Assembly: GCA_910577925.1 (NCBI GenBank)
Contig: CAJTOI010000011.1
Span: 33,491 to 97,490 of the forward strand
Length of the DNA: 64,000 nt
From: an uncultured Roseburia sp.
GTDB lineage: Bacteria > Bacillota > Clostridia > Lachnospirales > Lachnospiraceae
Direction of reading: 5' to 3'
Shown: positions 1-9,350 of the stretch, one piece after another
Numbering within the stretch: position 1 is the first letter of the stretch
Layout of the letters: every line of letters begins with the position of its first letter
Program-made: the position numbers and the translations under genes
The notes under the pieces: model-generated
Seen by the model: only the letters and a program-made list of their open reading frames with translations
Databases searched by the model: none
What the model was told of the DNA's origin: nothing

Positions 1-1631
1 CGGAATGGGAAGAGACGCTTCCGCTGCCGATCGAAGGCTATGCCCAGCCGGTGGATGCGAACGATATCAGCAAAGATACGGAGTATCTGCGGCTGGACGA
101 ATCAAGACTGGAAGTGTACAGGGAGGCCAATGAAGACTATCAGATTGTGGCGCTTCTGCCGGAGCAGGTTACGGCGACCGGGATTTTCAGTGAGGATTTG
201 TACGGGCAGGCGGCGTCCATTGTATCCTGGATTCTGACACTGCGCTATGCGGTTTTTGTGATTATTCCGGCAATCATCATCGCATCGATTTGTCTGTTTG
301 TCTTTTTGATCCGCAGCGCGGGACATCGGAAGGGTACGGAGGAGATCGTGATGACCTGGCCGGACGAGATCCCGACAGATGTTTTTTTGGCGATTGTGGG
401 AATGACGGAAGTCTTTCTGCTTATGCTGGGCTTGCGCGGAGCCGCAGACAAACTGCCGACCATCGGCGCGCTGCTCCTGGTTGCCGGGATTGCGCTCTGC
501 ATGTGCTACCTGGCGCTGTTTGCGGTGCTGTCGCTTGCGGTGCGTATCAAGACCGGCACAATCTGGAAGAACACGTGGGTTTATAAAATCGGACGGACGG
601 GTATGCGGCTGCTGCGGCTTCTCACAGAGCACCTGCCGCTGCTGTGGAAAGCGATTCTGCTGCTGGCGCTGTATGCGATTGCGGAGGTGTTTCTGCTGGG
701 TGCCGGCTACGGATATCTCAGCAGGCGTGTGTTGTTGATTTTCCTGCTGAAATATATCGGAATCGCGGCTGTGCTGTTCTGGGGAATCGTGCAGATGAAC
801 CGCCTTTCGGAAGGCGGGGAGCAGCTGGCCGCAGGGGACCTGCAGTATCAGATTGACACCGGCCGGATGTACTGGGAATTTAAACGGCACGGAGAACATT
901 TAAACAGCATAGGAGAGGCGATGTCCCGGGCGGTGGACGAGCGGATGAAGAGCGAGCGCTTTAAGACGGAGCTTATCACGAATGTGTCTCACGATATCAA
1001 GACGCCGCTGACCTCAATTATCAATTATGTGGATCTTCTTGAAAAAGAATGCCGCGATAATGACGTTACAGCGGAGTATATTGATGTGCTGGAACGCCAG
1101 TCGGCCAGATTAAAAAAGTTAATTGAAGATTTAATAGAAGCATCAAAAGCCTCAAGCGGGAGCCTTCCAGTACATGCAGAGCGCCTGGAAGCAGGTGTCT
1201 TTCTCGTGCAGACTGTGGGAGAATTTGAGGAGCGGACCAAAGCGAATCGTCTGGAACTTCTGATCAGAAAGCCGGAGGATGCGGTATATATTAAAGCGGA
1301 CGGCAGGCATCTGTGGAGGGTAATTGATAATCTGATGAACAATGTCTGCAAATATGCGCAGCCGGATACGAGGGTCTACATCGACATGGAAACCGCGGAA
1401 GACAGGGTGGAAATTATATTCCGGAACACTTCGAAATATCCGCTGAATATCAGCGGGGAGGAACTGACGGAGCGGTTTGTGCGGGGAGACAGCTCGCGGA
1501 ATACGGAGGGAAGCGGACTGGGGCTTTCGATTGCGAGAAGCCTGACGGAGCTGATGGGCGGACTCTTTTCGCTTTATGTGGACGGCGATCTCTTCAAAGT
1601 CATTTTAAGTTTTCCTATTGCAGGTCTTTAG
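1..1631 (+). CDS. sensor histidine kinase (5' end probably cut by window edge)
   Basis: ORF 51..1631; its frame stays open back to base 3. Several hydrophobic segments, H-box NVSHDIKTPLTSI, C-terminal ATPase motifs DNLMNNVCKY and GSGLGLSIARSL. Confidence 0.85.
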   Translation, partial: EWEETLPLPIEGYAQPVDANDISKDTEYLRLDESRLEVYREANEDYQIVALLPEQVTATGIFSEDLYGQAASIVSWILTLRYAVFVIIPAIIIASICLFVFLIRSAGHRKGTEEIVMTWPDEIPTDVFLAIVGMTEVFLLMLGLRGAADKLPTIGALLLVAGIALCMCYLALFAVLSLAVRIKTGTIWKNTWVYKIGRTGMRLLRLLTEHLPLLWKAILLLALYAIAEVFLLGAGYGYLSRRVLLIFLLKYIGIAAVLFWGIVQMNRLSEGGEQLAAGDLQYQIDTGRMYWEFKRHGEHLNSIGEAMSRAVDERMKSERFKTELITNVSHDIKTPLTSIINYVDLLEKECRDNDVTAEYIDVLERQSARLKKLIEDLIEASKASSGSLPVHAERLEAGVFLVQTVGEFEERTKANRLELLIRKPEDAVYIKADGRHLWRVIDNLMNNVCKYAQPDTRVYIDMETAEDRVEIIFRNTSKYPLNISGEELTERFVRGDSSRNTEGSGLGLSIARSLTELMGGLFSLYVDGDLFKVILSFPIAGL

Positions 1632-1707
1632 ACAATCTGCTATTATTAGAAAAATAGGAGTTTCGTACAGTATTTTCAGATAAACATGTAGCAGGAGGAT
1701 GCGAAAG

Positions 1708-2625
1708 ATGCGGAAAAGATCTTTGGTAGTGGGAACGATGACAGCTCTGTTTTGTGCTGGGATGTTTTTTATGAATCCGGATTCGGCGTGTGCGGCGCAG
1801 GGAACCGAAGCGTACCGCGCGGTGTTTGATGCCCGGTATTATCACGATACCTATCCCGATGTGGCGGAGGCTTTCGGAAGTGACAGCAGCGCGCTGTTCA
1901 ATCATTTTGTGACCTACGGCGCAAAGGAGGGACGCAGCGCCTCCGCAGAGTTTAATCCCCAGGCTTACCGGGCGCGCTACGGCGACCTGCAGAAGGCTTT
2001 CGGGAATGACATGGCAGCCTACTGTAATCATTATATCAGCTTCGGGCGCGCAGAGGGACGCAGCGGGGCTGCGGACGGAAGCGCCTACAGTGCGCCGAAA
2101 GAGACTGCGGCAGCAGGCGCATCCTCCGCGGAGAAGACCGGAGCGGACACAAACGGAACGTCGCAGACGCAGAGCGTGCAGGGAACTGTGATCGGAAGCT
2201 GTACGACAAAGTATGAGACGAAGATTCCGAGAGCGAGAAACGTAGATCTCGCGGCGGCGCGGATCAACGGAATCGTGGTACAGCCCGGGGAGAGCTTTTC
2301 TTTCAGCGCGGCGATTCTGCCGCGCACGACGGCAAACGGCTACGTGGAAGCGCCGATTTATATTAACGGGACCGTCGGCACCGGTATCGGAGGCGGTGTG
2401 TGCCAGGTATCCTCCACGCTCTATGCGGCGATGATCAACGCAGGCCTTCCGGCGACGGAGCGCCATGCGCATTCTCTGCCGGTGCCTTACCTGCCGGCGG
2501 GCTATGATGCGACGATTGCAGGCACGGCCAAAGATTTGAAGTTTACGAATATCTATGCGCAGCCGCTGGTAATTTATGCGTCCACAGGCGGCGGAGCATT
2601 GACGGTGACGCTTGCGCTGCAGTAG
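1708..2625 (+). CDS. VanW-domain protein with signal peptide
   Basis: ORF 1699..2625; AGGAGG at 1693-1698 favours the second ATG (1708). Hydrophobic leader, two copies of an NH(F/Y)xxxGxxEGRS motif, C-terminal VanW-like block GGGVCQVSSTLYAA...ERHAHS. Confidence 0.7.
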   Translation: MRKRSLVVGTMTALFCAGMFFMNPDSACAAQGTEAYRAVFDARYYHDTYPDVAEAFGSDSSALFNHFVTYGAKEGRSASAEFNPQAYRARYGDLQKAFGNDMAAYCNHYISFGRAEGRSGAADGSAYSAPKETAAAGASSAEKTGADTNGTSQTQSVQGTVIGSCTTKYETKIPRARNVDLAAARINGIVVQPGESFSFSAAILPRTTANGYVEAPIYINGTVGTGIGGGVCQVSSTLYAAMINAGLPATERHAHSLPVPYLPAGYDATIAGTAKDLKFTNIYAQPLVIYASTGGGALTVTLALQ

Positions 2626-2679
2626 ACAGACGGCGTGGGCGGCGGCATTGCCGGTAAGAAGAGAGACGGGGGGTGAGGG

Positions 2680-3150
2680 ATGGTGATAAGAAGAGCCGCA
2701 GAGGGCGATATCGAAGGGCTTCATAAGCTGCTTGAACAGGTGAATCTGATTCATCACAGAGGAAGACCGGATCTCTTCCGCTGCGGAACCTGTAAATATA
2801 CCGATGAGGAGCTGCGTGAGCTTATTGCGGATGATGACCGGCCCATACTGGCGGCGGTCGAGGGAGACCGCGTGGAGGGCTACGCATTCTGTATTTATCA
2901 GCGGCACCCCGATGACAATATCCTTACGGATATCAAAACGCTCTATATAGACGATCTCTGCGTCGACGAACACCTGCGGGGACGCCATATCGGAAAACAG
3001 CTGTATGAAGCGGTGTTGCAGCTGGCCCGCGAGACCGGCTGCTACAATGTGACGTTAAATGTCTGGTGCCTCAATGAAGGTGCGATGCGCTTTTATGAGC
3101 AGTGCGGTATGAAGCCGCTGAAAATCGCCATGGAGCAGATCATTGAATGA
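2680..3150 (+). CDS. GNAT family N-acetyltransferase
   Basis: 156-aa ORF with acetyl-CoA pocket-like LRGRHIGKQLYEAV and typical GNAT length. Confidence 0.8.
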   Translation: MVIRRAAEGDIEGLHKLLEQVNLIHHRGRPDLFRCGTCKYTDEELRELIADDDRPILAAVEGDRVEGYAFCIYQRHPDDNILTDIKTLYIDDLCVDEHLRGRHIGKQLYEAVLQLARETGCYNVTLNVWCLNEGAMRFYEQCGMKPLKIAMEQIIE

Positions 3151-3189
3151 TGTGTCCGCGGGGGATTCACGCATTCCCGTCCGGAGCCG

Positions 3190-4050
3190 TCACAGCTCAT
3201 GAAGCGGGAGCGGCCCGGCGAGTACGGCCCGCGAGACGAACAGAATGCGTTCGGGCGTCGTATCCTCAAACCATTTCACGAGAGAGATCGCGCCGTTTTC
3301 AATCTCAATGCAGGTGATACAGCGGGGATGGACACAGCTCCCCGTATTAAAATAGCGTGTTTTGGGGCTGCCAAGCATCGGGCGGTGCGTGTGGCCGGTA
3401 ATCAGATAGCAGTTATTTTTGACGGCCCAGTCAGACAGACGCCGTTCGCTTTTTTCGCGGTGCTGGTAGTTTTTTGCCGCGCTTGTAGGGTCTAAAAAGC
3501 CAATGTGTTCCATGGGTTTCCAGATATAGCGGACCAGAAAGCGGGCGAATTTCCACAGGGTTGAGTTCAGCAGATCCGCCTGATGTCCGTGGGTCAGATA
3601 CAGTTCAAGACAGAGGGGGATTTTTCTGCGGGTTTTCGGATCATATTCCGGGAACCCGCATATTTTAAGGATCAGCCCCGCGTGGCGGGGGAAATCCACA
3701 GAGCCCTTGAGCGCATGGTCATGATTGCCATAGAGCATATAGAGCCGGTCTTCCCGGGCAAACAGCGACAGAAGCCAGAAAACATTGCTGTGAATTTCCC
3801 GGATGGCGGCGAGACTGCGGTTTTCCCACAGTTCATCCCCGTCGCCGAGCTCAATATAAATAAAGTGGCTGTCGTAATAGTGCCGCAGCGCAGCAAAATA
3901 TAAATGTTGATTTTTCAGAAAATTATCGTTGGAATTGCCGACGCCGCGGTGACAGTCGCTGAAGAGCACCAGTTTTGAGTGGGGATACAGCGGGAGCACG
4001 GGGGCGTCGCGGAAGCTCTTATCCAGTCTTTTTTCACAGCCTGTTTTCAT
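3190..4050 (-). CDS. calcineurin-like metallophosphoesterase
   Basis: Motifs FSDCHRG, GDGDELWEN, YGNHDH, THGHQAD, GHTHRP in canonical order. Confidence 0.75.
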   Translation of the reverse strand: MKTGCEKRLDKSFRDAPVLPLYPHSKLVLFSDCHRGVGNSNDNFLKNQHLYFAALRHYYDSHFIYIELGDGDELWENRSLAAIREIHSNVFWLLSLFAREDRLYMLYGNHDHALKGSVDFPRHAGLILKICGFPEYDPKTRRKIPLCLELYLTHGHQADLLNSTLWKFARFLVRYIWKPMEHIGFLDPTSAAKNYQHREKSERRLSDWAVKNNCYLITGHTHRPMLGSPKTRYFNTGSCVHPRCITCIEIENGAISLVKWFEDTTPERILFVSRAVLAGPLPLHEL

Positions 4051-4060
4051 GGGAAGCTCC

Positions 4061-4999
4061 TTATTTTCTATATTTTCTTCTTCGCCGGTATTTGCGGCAG
4101 CTTTTTTTATGGCATTTTCTGCGCTTTTTATCCCGGAAGATGCGCCGGAATATCGGCGGCAGATAGAAATACAGGAAAAGAAGGCGGTCTATGGCACATT
4201 GGAACGGTTTTGTCACCCAAAGAAACAGGCGGCATAAAATCCGGTTCCGCCACTGCGCAAGGCGGCAGAAGAATCTGTGCAGGCCGGTAAATTCGCAGGA
4301 GGGGCAGCCGCAGAAGAGGATTCTGACCTGCAGATCATGCACACGGTATGCGGCAGCACCCTGGGCTTCAAGTGCGTTTGTAAAGGCGGAAAGCATTTCC
4401 GCACAGGGAAACGTGATGGCGATTTCCACCGACAGATCTCCGGGGTTGGTGTAGGCGCCCATGTGAAAGGCGGTCAGCCACCAGTGTTTTCGCGCGCGGA
4501 GATGGGAAATCTCATGGCCCTGCCGGTAAAGGCGGATGGACATCGGCAGCATTTCGGAGTCGTCCACACTTTCAAACAGCGCCGTTTTGCGCAGAATGGA
4601 GGGAACAAGCTCATCTGCCTTGTAGAGGCCGACTTCGCAGCCGAGGTTGATGCCGTACTGTCCCTTCCAGAATTCAATCAGCCAGGTGCGTCCGCCGTAA
4701 TCGAAATAGACGGGCAGACTGTCAAAGACCATATTAAAGTGCGGGGCGTAGCGGTCAAACAGCGCCGTGTAGCCGAAGGCGCGCTGCGGGGCGCAGGTTA
4801 CGGTGGAAAAAATGTCCTGCGACGGTTCGTAGCAGTAGCCGAACGGGGTGATAACGGGATATATCGTATCGCATTTTTCTTCACAGGTCATGCCGCATAT
4901 AAGCTTGCAGACTTTTTTTCTGCGGCATCGGAAGAAAATGAAGAGTATAAGAACAAGGATGAGAAGACATCCGACAAACAGATACATAACAATCTCCAT
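4061..4999 (-). CDS. membrane-anchored protein, DUF4474-like (recalled family, unverified)
   Basis: N-terminal TM helix, conserved-looking block FGYCYEPSQDIF...WLIEFWKGQYG, very basic Cys-containing C-terminal tail. A 10-nt gap to the downstream phosphoesterase gene suggests an operon. Confidence 0.5.
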   Translation of the reverse strand: MEIVMYLFVGCLLILVLILFIFFRCRRKKVCKLICGMTCEEKCDTIYPVITPFGYCYEPSQDIFSTVTCAPQRAFGYTALFDRYAPHFNMVFDSLPVYFDYGGRTWLIEFWKGQYGINLGCEVGLYKADELVPSILRKTALFESVDDSEMLPMSIRLYRQGHEISHLRARKHWWLTAFHMGAYTNPGDLSVEIAITFPCAEMLSAFTNALEAQGAAAYRVHDLQVRILFCGCPSCEFTGLHRFFCRLAQWRNRILCRLFLWVTKPFQCAIDRLLFLYFYLPPIFRRIFRDKKRRKCHKKSCRKYRRRRKYRK

Positions 5000-5060
5000 A
5001 AGGTTTTTCTATATTTTATGCGGGACGAAAAGGATGGCAACCGGATAAGGAGAATACAAA

Positions 5061-5627
5061 ATGTCCAACACGACAAAAAAGGCGCTGGAGGTCTCACTGA
5101 AACGACTGATGCTCCAGAAGCCGTTTGAAAAAATTACGATCAATGATCTGACAAAGGACTGCGGAATCAGCCGAATGACATTCTACAATCATTTCAGGGA
5201 TATCTATGACCTGGTGGAATGGAGCTGTGAGGAGGACGGAAAGCAGGCGCTTCGGGAAAATAAGACTTACGACACCTGGCAGGAGGGACTTCTTTTGATT
5301 TTTGAGGCCGTGCTCGCGAATAAGCCGTTTATCTTAAGCGTATACCGTTCCGTCAGCAGGGAGCAGATTGAGACCTATCTGTTTGGACTCACCTGCGGAC
5401 TCATTGAACATGTGGTGGAGGAGAAATCCGTGGGAAGAGATGTGACGCCCGAGGAAAAGCGTTTTATCGCGGAGATATACAAATACAGCTTTGTGGGAAT
5501 CATGTTAGACTGGGTGAAACAGGGGATGAAGGAACGCCCCGAAGTGCTTGTGGACAAGCTCGGCACGGCGCTGTGCGGCAGCGTGGAGAACTCGGTCGGT
5601 AATTTTGAGAGGCAGAAGCGTGAATAG
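5061..5627 (+). CDS. TetR/AcrR family transcriptional regulator
   Basis: N-terminal HTH ITINDLTKDCGISRMTFYNHF; 188 aa. Confidence 0.85.
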   Translation: MSNTTKKALEVSLKRLMLQKPFEKITINDLTKDCGISRMTFYNHFRDIYDLVEWSCEEDGKQALRENKTYDTWQEGLLLIFEAVLANKPFILSVYRSVSREQIETYLFGLTCGLIEHVVEEKSVGRDVTPEEKRFIAEIYKYSFVGIMLDWVKQGMKERPEVLVDKLGTALCGSVENSVGNFERQKRE

Positions 5628-5645
5628 GCGGAAAACTTTACAAAA

Positions 5646-5686
5646 ATGCCGGAATGTCTAATTTTTAGTCATTCCGGCATTTTTGT
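5646..5686 (+). terminator. rho-independent terminator after TetR gene
   Basis: Perfect stem ATGCCGGAATG (5646-5656) / CATTCCGGCAT (5670-5680) followed by TTTTTG; an A-run upstream makes it potentially bidirectional. Confidence 0.8.
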
Positions 5687-5801
5687 AAATTGCGTACCCG
5701 AAAAAACCGGCGTATATTAAGTGCAAGTTCAGAAAACAAAGACAAAAAACCGGGTCGGATATGGCGGCGTGGGGCAGAATTGGGAAAGGAAGGTATCTTT
5801 T

Positions 5802-7790
5802 ATGGAAAAGAGACAGATAGCAAAAGGAATCGCAGCGCTGGCTGCAGGTGCGGCAGGCGCAGGCGTTGCGGTGGCAGCGGCAAAGGGCGTAAAGAATCAG
5901 AACGTAAAGAAAAAAGAGGCAGCGGCGCGGATTGAGCAGGCGCAGAGCGAATACCGGAATACGGAGCGCGGAAAATATGAGAAAAACAGCAAAGGCATCT
6001 ATTATACCAACGGAAACTATGAGGCGTTTGCCCGCCCGAGGAAACCGGAGGGCGTGGACGAAAAGCACGCGTATCTGGTGGGGAGCGGTCTCGCATCTCT
6101 CGCGGCGGCATGCTTTCTGGTGCGCGACGGACAGATGCCGGGAGAGAATATCCATATCTTGGAGGCAATGGATATCGCCGGCGGCGCCTGTGACGGAATC
6201 TACGATGCGACCAGAGGCTACGTGATGCGCGGCGGCCGTGAGATGGAAAACCATTTCGAGTGCCTGTGGGATCTGTTTCGCAGTATTCCGTCCATTGAAA
6301 CGCCCGGAGTTTCGGTGCTTGACGAGTACTACTGGCTGAACAAGGAGGACCCGAACTATTCTCTGTGCCGTGCGACCGAAAACAGAGGCGAGGATGCGCA
6401 TATGGACGGCAAGTTCGGACTCAGCCAGAAAGGCTGCATGGAAATCATGAAGCTCTTTATGACAAAGGACGAAGACCTGTACGACAAGACCATTGAGGAT
6501 TTCTTTGACGAGGAAGTGTTCGAGTCGAAGTTCTGGCTGTACTGGAGAACCATGTTTGCGTTTGAAAACTGGCACAGCGCTTTGGAGATGAAGCTTTATT
6601 TCCAGAGATTTATCCACCATATCTCCGGCCTGCCGGATTTCAGCGCGCTGAAATTCACGAAATACAACCAGTATGAGTCGCTGATTCTTCCGATGCAGAA
6701 ATACCTGGAGGAAGCAGGGGTGGATTTTCGGTTCGGCACTGAGGTGACAAATGTGATCTTTGAAATCAAAGACGGCAAAAAGGTTGCCAAAGTCATCGAG
6801 TGCAGAGTCAACGGCAAGGAGCAGGGCATTTCGCTGACCGAGAATGATCTGGTATTTGTCACAAACGGAAGCTGCACGGAAGGGACGATTTATGGAGATC
6901 AGAACCACGCGCCGAACGGTGACGCGGAAATTCGTACCAGCGGATGCTGGAGTCTCTGGAAAAATATCGCAAAGCAGGATGCGGCATTCGGACATCCCGA
7001 GAAGTTCTGCTCGGATATCGCGCGCACAAACTGGGAGTCCGCGACGGTGACGACCTCGAACGATAAGATTATCTCCTACATCGAGAAAATCTGTAAGAGA
7101 GATCCGCGGAGCGGCCGTGTTGTGACCGGCGGTATCGTCAGCGCAAAGGATTCGAGTTGGCTTTTGAGCTGGACGATTAACCGTCAGGGACAGTTTAAGG
7201 AGCAGGATAAGAAAGATGTCTGTGTCTGGGTATACGGTCTGTTTACGGATGTGCCGGGCGATTATATCAAAAAGCCGATGAAGGAGTGCACCGGAAAAGA
7301 AATCACTGCAGAGTGGTTATACCATATGGGTGTGCCGGTGGATGAGATTGACGAGCTGGCGGAAAACGAGGCGGTCTGCGTGCCGACGATGATGCCGTAT
7401 ATCACCGCATTCTTTATGCCGCGCACAAAGGGCGACAGACCGGATGTGATTCCGGACGGATGTGTGAACTGTGCATTCCTCGGACAGTTTACGGAGACGC
7501 CCAGAGACACCGTTTTCACGACGGAGTATTCGGTGAGAACCGCAATGGAGGCTGTTTACGGTCTGCTCGGCGTGGACAGAGGCGTGCCCGAGGTCTGGGG
7601 CAGCGTCTACGACGTGAGAGAGCTCTTAGACAGCAGTGTGAAACTGATGGACGGCAAATCACCGCTTGAAATCGAGCTTCCGGGCCCGTTAAATGCGCTG
7701 AAAAAGCCGCTGATAAAAGCAGTGCGCGGAACAATCGTGGAAAAAGTGTTAAGAGATCATGACGTGCTGAAGGATTATATGCTGGAATAG
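5802..7790 (+). CDS. ohyA: oleate hydratase (MCRA family, FAD-dependent)
   Basis: ORF 5721..7790; ATG at 5802 follows GGAAAGGAAGG. Core YYTNGNYEAFARPRKPEGVD and FAD motif YLVGSGLASLAAACFLVRDGQMPGENIHILE. Confidence 0.9.
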   Translation: MEKRQIAKGIAALAAGAAGAGVAVAAAKGVKNQNVKKKEAAARIEQAQSEYRNTERGKYEKNSKGIYYTNGNYEAFARPRKPEGVDEKHAYLVGSGLASLAAACFLVRDGQMPGENIHILEAMDIAGGACDGIYDATRGYVMRGGREMENHFECLWDLFRSIPSIETPGVSVLDEYYWLNKEDPNYSLCRATENRGEDAHMDGKFGLSQKGCMEIMKLFMTKDEDLYDKTIEDFFDEEVFESKFWLYWRTMFAFENWHSALEMKLYFQRFIHHISGLPDFSALKFTKYNQYESLILPMQKYLEEAGVDFRFGTEVTNVIFEIKDGKKVAKVIECRVNGKEQGISLTENDLVFVTNGSCTEGTIYGDQNHAPNGDAEIRTSGCWSLWKNIAKQDAAFGHPEKFCSDIARTNWESATVTTSNDKIISYIEKICKRDPRSGRVVTGGIVSAKDSSWLLSWTINRQGQFKEQDKKDVCVWVYGLFTDVPGDYIKKPMKECTGKEITAEWLYHMGVPVDEIDELAENEAVCVPTMMPYITAFFMPRTKGDRPDVIPDGCVNCAFLGQFTETPRDTVFTTEYSVRTAMEAVYGLLGVDRGVPEVWGSVYDVRELLDSSVKLMDGKSPLEIELPGPLNALKKPLIKAVRGTIVEKVLRDHDVLKDYMLE

Positions 7791-7800
7791 ATATTGTAAT

Positions 7801-7840
7801 AAAGCCTCGGGCAGTCCGAATGGGATTACCCGGGGCTTTT
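7801..7840. terminator. bidirectional terminator between convergent ohyA and GH1 genes
   Basis: AAAGCCTCGGG (7801-7811) pairs with CCCGGGGCTTT (7829-7839, one G-U), with T-run on + and A-run on the other side. Confidence 0.75.
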
Positions 7841-7860
7841 GTGATTTGAATTGTCTGAAA

Positions 7861-9150
7861 TCAGTGTCCGCAGAAACTGCCGAGCAGCGCAAGGCTTGGT
7901 TTGGGGCTGCGCTTCTGGGTCGTGCGGTCAACCGCAATCAGGCCGAAGGTCATAGAATAGCCCTTCTGCCACTCGAAATTGTCCAGAAGGCTCCAGTACA
8001 GATAGCCGCGTACCGGAATGCCGTCGGCGATACAGTCATTTACGCCGGATAAGGCGGTTTTGATAAATTCCTCCCGTCTGGTGTCGTCTGCGGTGGCAAT
8101 TCCGTTTTCCGTTACGAGCAGCGTGCCCTTAAAGTCCTGCGCGACTTTTCGGATGACATTTGCAAGCGCCTGCGGGTAAAATTCGTAGTCCATCTGCGTC
8201 AGCTCTGCGTCAGCCGGAGCCGGAAGCGAACCGGAGGCGTCGAAGCGGGTGCGGGTATAATTCTGCACGCCGAGGAAATCGTCGTCCTCAATAGCCGGCA
8301 GATAGTGTGTAAATTCGTCGTCCCATTCCTTTGCCGCGGCTTCTTCGCCGCCCGGGAGCGCCTGGATGTCGTGCAGGCTTAAAGTCAGTCCCACCTGTAC
8401 CTGCGGCGCAACCTCGCGGATGACGGCGCGGGCCGCTTTGTGCGCTTCCATCACAAGTTCGTCGCCGTGCGGCGTACGCGGGCTTGTAAAGCACTCCGCC
8501 TTCGGCACGCCGAAAATCTGCATGCGCTCCTCTGCCGCGGCCTTCTGATTCGCCATCATTTTTTCAAGGTTCAGTCCCATCTGGACGGTACTCTCCGACA
8601 CATTTCCCTGCTGGACCTGCATCGCCCGCATCTGCTGCTCATAGCGCTTTGCGATCGCCGCGACCTGCACGCCCATATTTGCCTCATTGATGGTGCAGAC
8701 ATAGCGGAGTTCGCCGCCGAGCCGCTCCATCACATAGCGGGTATAGCGCGCAAAACGGGCGGGCGTATCGTCCGATTCCCAGCCGCCCTTTGCGATCAGC
8801 CATTTCGGGCTTGTAAAATGCAAAAGCGTGACAATCGGTTCGATGCCGTTCTCCTTACAGGTGCGGATGACAGAGCGGTAGTGCTCGATCTGTGCATCGT
8901 CAAATTTCCCCTCCTCGGGCTCGATCCGTGCCCATTCAATCGAAAAGCGGTACGCGTTTAATCCGGCCGCCGCCATCAGGCGGCTATCTTCTGCGTAGCG
9001 GTTGTAGTGGTCGACAGCGTCACCGCTCGGCTCTAAGAAATCGGTATGTACCATATGTTCCTGCGCCCAGTAGTCGCTGTGAATATTGTTTCCCTCCACC
9101 TGATGCGCCGCGGTAGCGGCGCCGAGAAAGAAATTTTTGTCAAAAATCAT
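7861..9150 (-). CDS. GH1 beta-glucosidase / 6-phospho-beta-glycosidase family
   Basis: GH1 signatures LLHFTSPKW, acid/base TINEAN, nucleophile VTENGIA. Confidence 0.9.
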   Translation of the reverse strand: MIFDKNFFLGAATAAHQVEGNNIHSDYWAQEHMVHTDFLEPSGDAVDHYNRYAEDSRLMAAAGLNAYRFSIEWARIEPEEGKFDDAQIEHYRSVIRTCKENGIEPIVTLLHFTSPKWLIAKGGWESDDTPARFARYTRYVMERLGGELRYVCTINEANMGVQVAAIAKRYEQQMRAMQVQQGNVSESTVQMGLNLEKMMANQKAAAEERMQIFGVPKAECFTSPRTPHGDELVMEAHKAARAVIREVAPQVQVGLTLSLHDIQALPGGEEAAAKEWDDEFTHYLPAIEDDDFLGVQNYTRTRFDASGSLPAPADAELTQMDYEFYPQALANVIRKVAQDFKGTLLVTENGIATADDTRREEFIKTALSGVNDCIADGIPVRGYLYWSLLDNFEWQKGYSMTFGLIAVDRTTQKRSPKPSLALLGSFCGH

Positions 9151-9350
9151 GAGAGATACCTCCTTGCCCTGTGTTCATACGCGTATTATTGCATAAAACA
9201 AAAGCGGTGGTGTTCAAAAATTAGAGAAAAAGAATCATAATTACGGAAGATAAAATTAAAACATGAATTAGGATACATAAACACGATTTTTTGTATCGTG
9301 TATGGACAGGAAGCTTGTGTATAATCGCAGTAACAGGAGGAACATATTTT

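Noticed and set aside
1615-2988. Long antisense ORFs in GC-rich genes. Examples: 1615..2988(-), 5658..6995(-), 9381..10487(-), 11291..12187(-), 20288..21049(-), 24921..25805(-), 37398..38393(-), 43435..44283(-), 62870..63427(-).
   Set aside because: Each lies opposite a gene with clear family motifs. Their translations are Arg/Pro/His/Cys-rich low-complexity strings typical of stop-poor antisense frames in high-GC DNA, and none has a convincing RBS.
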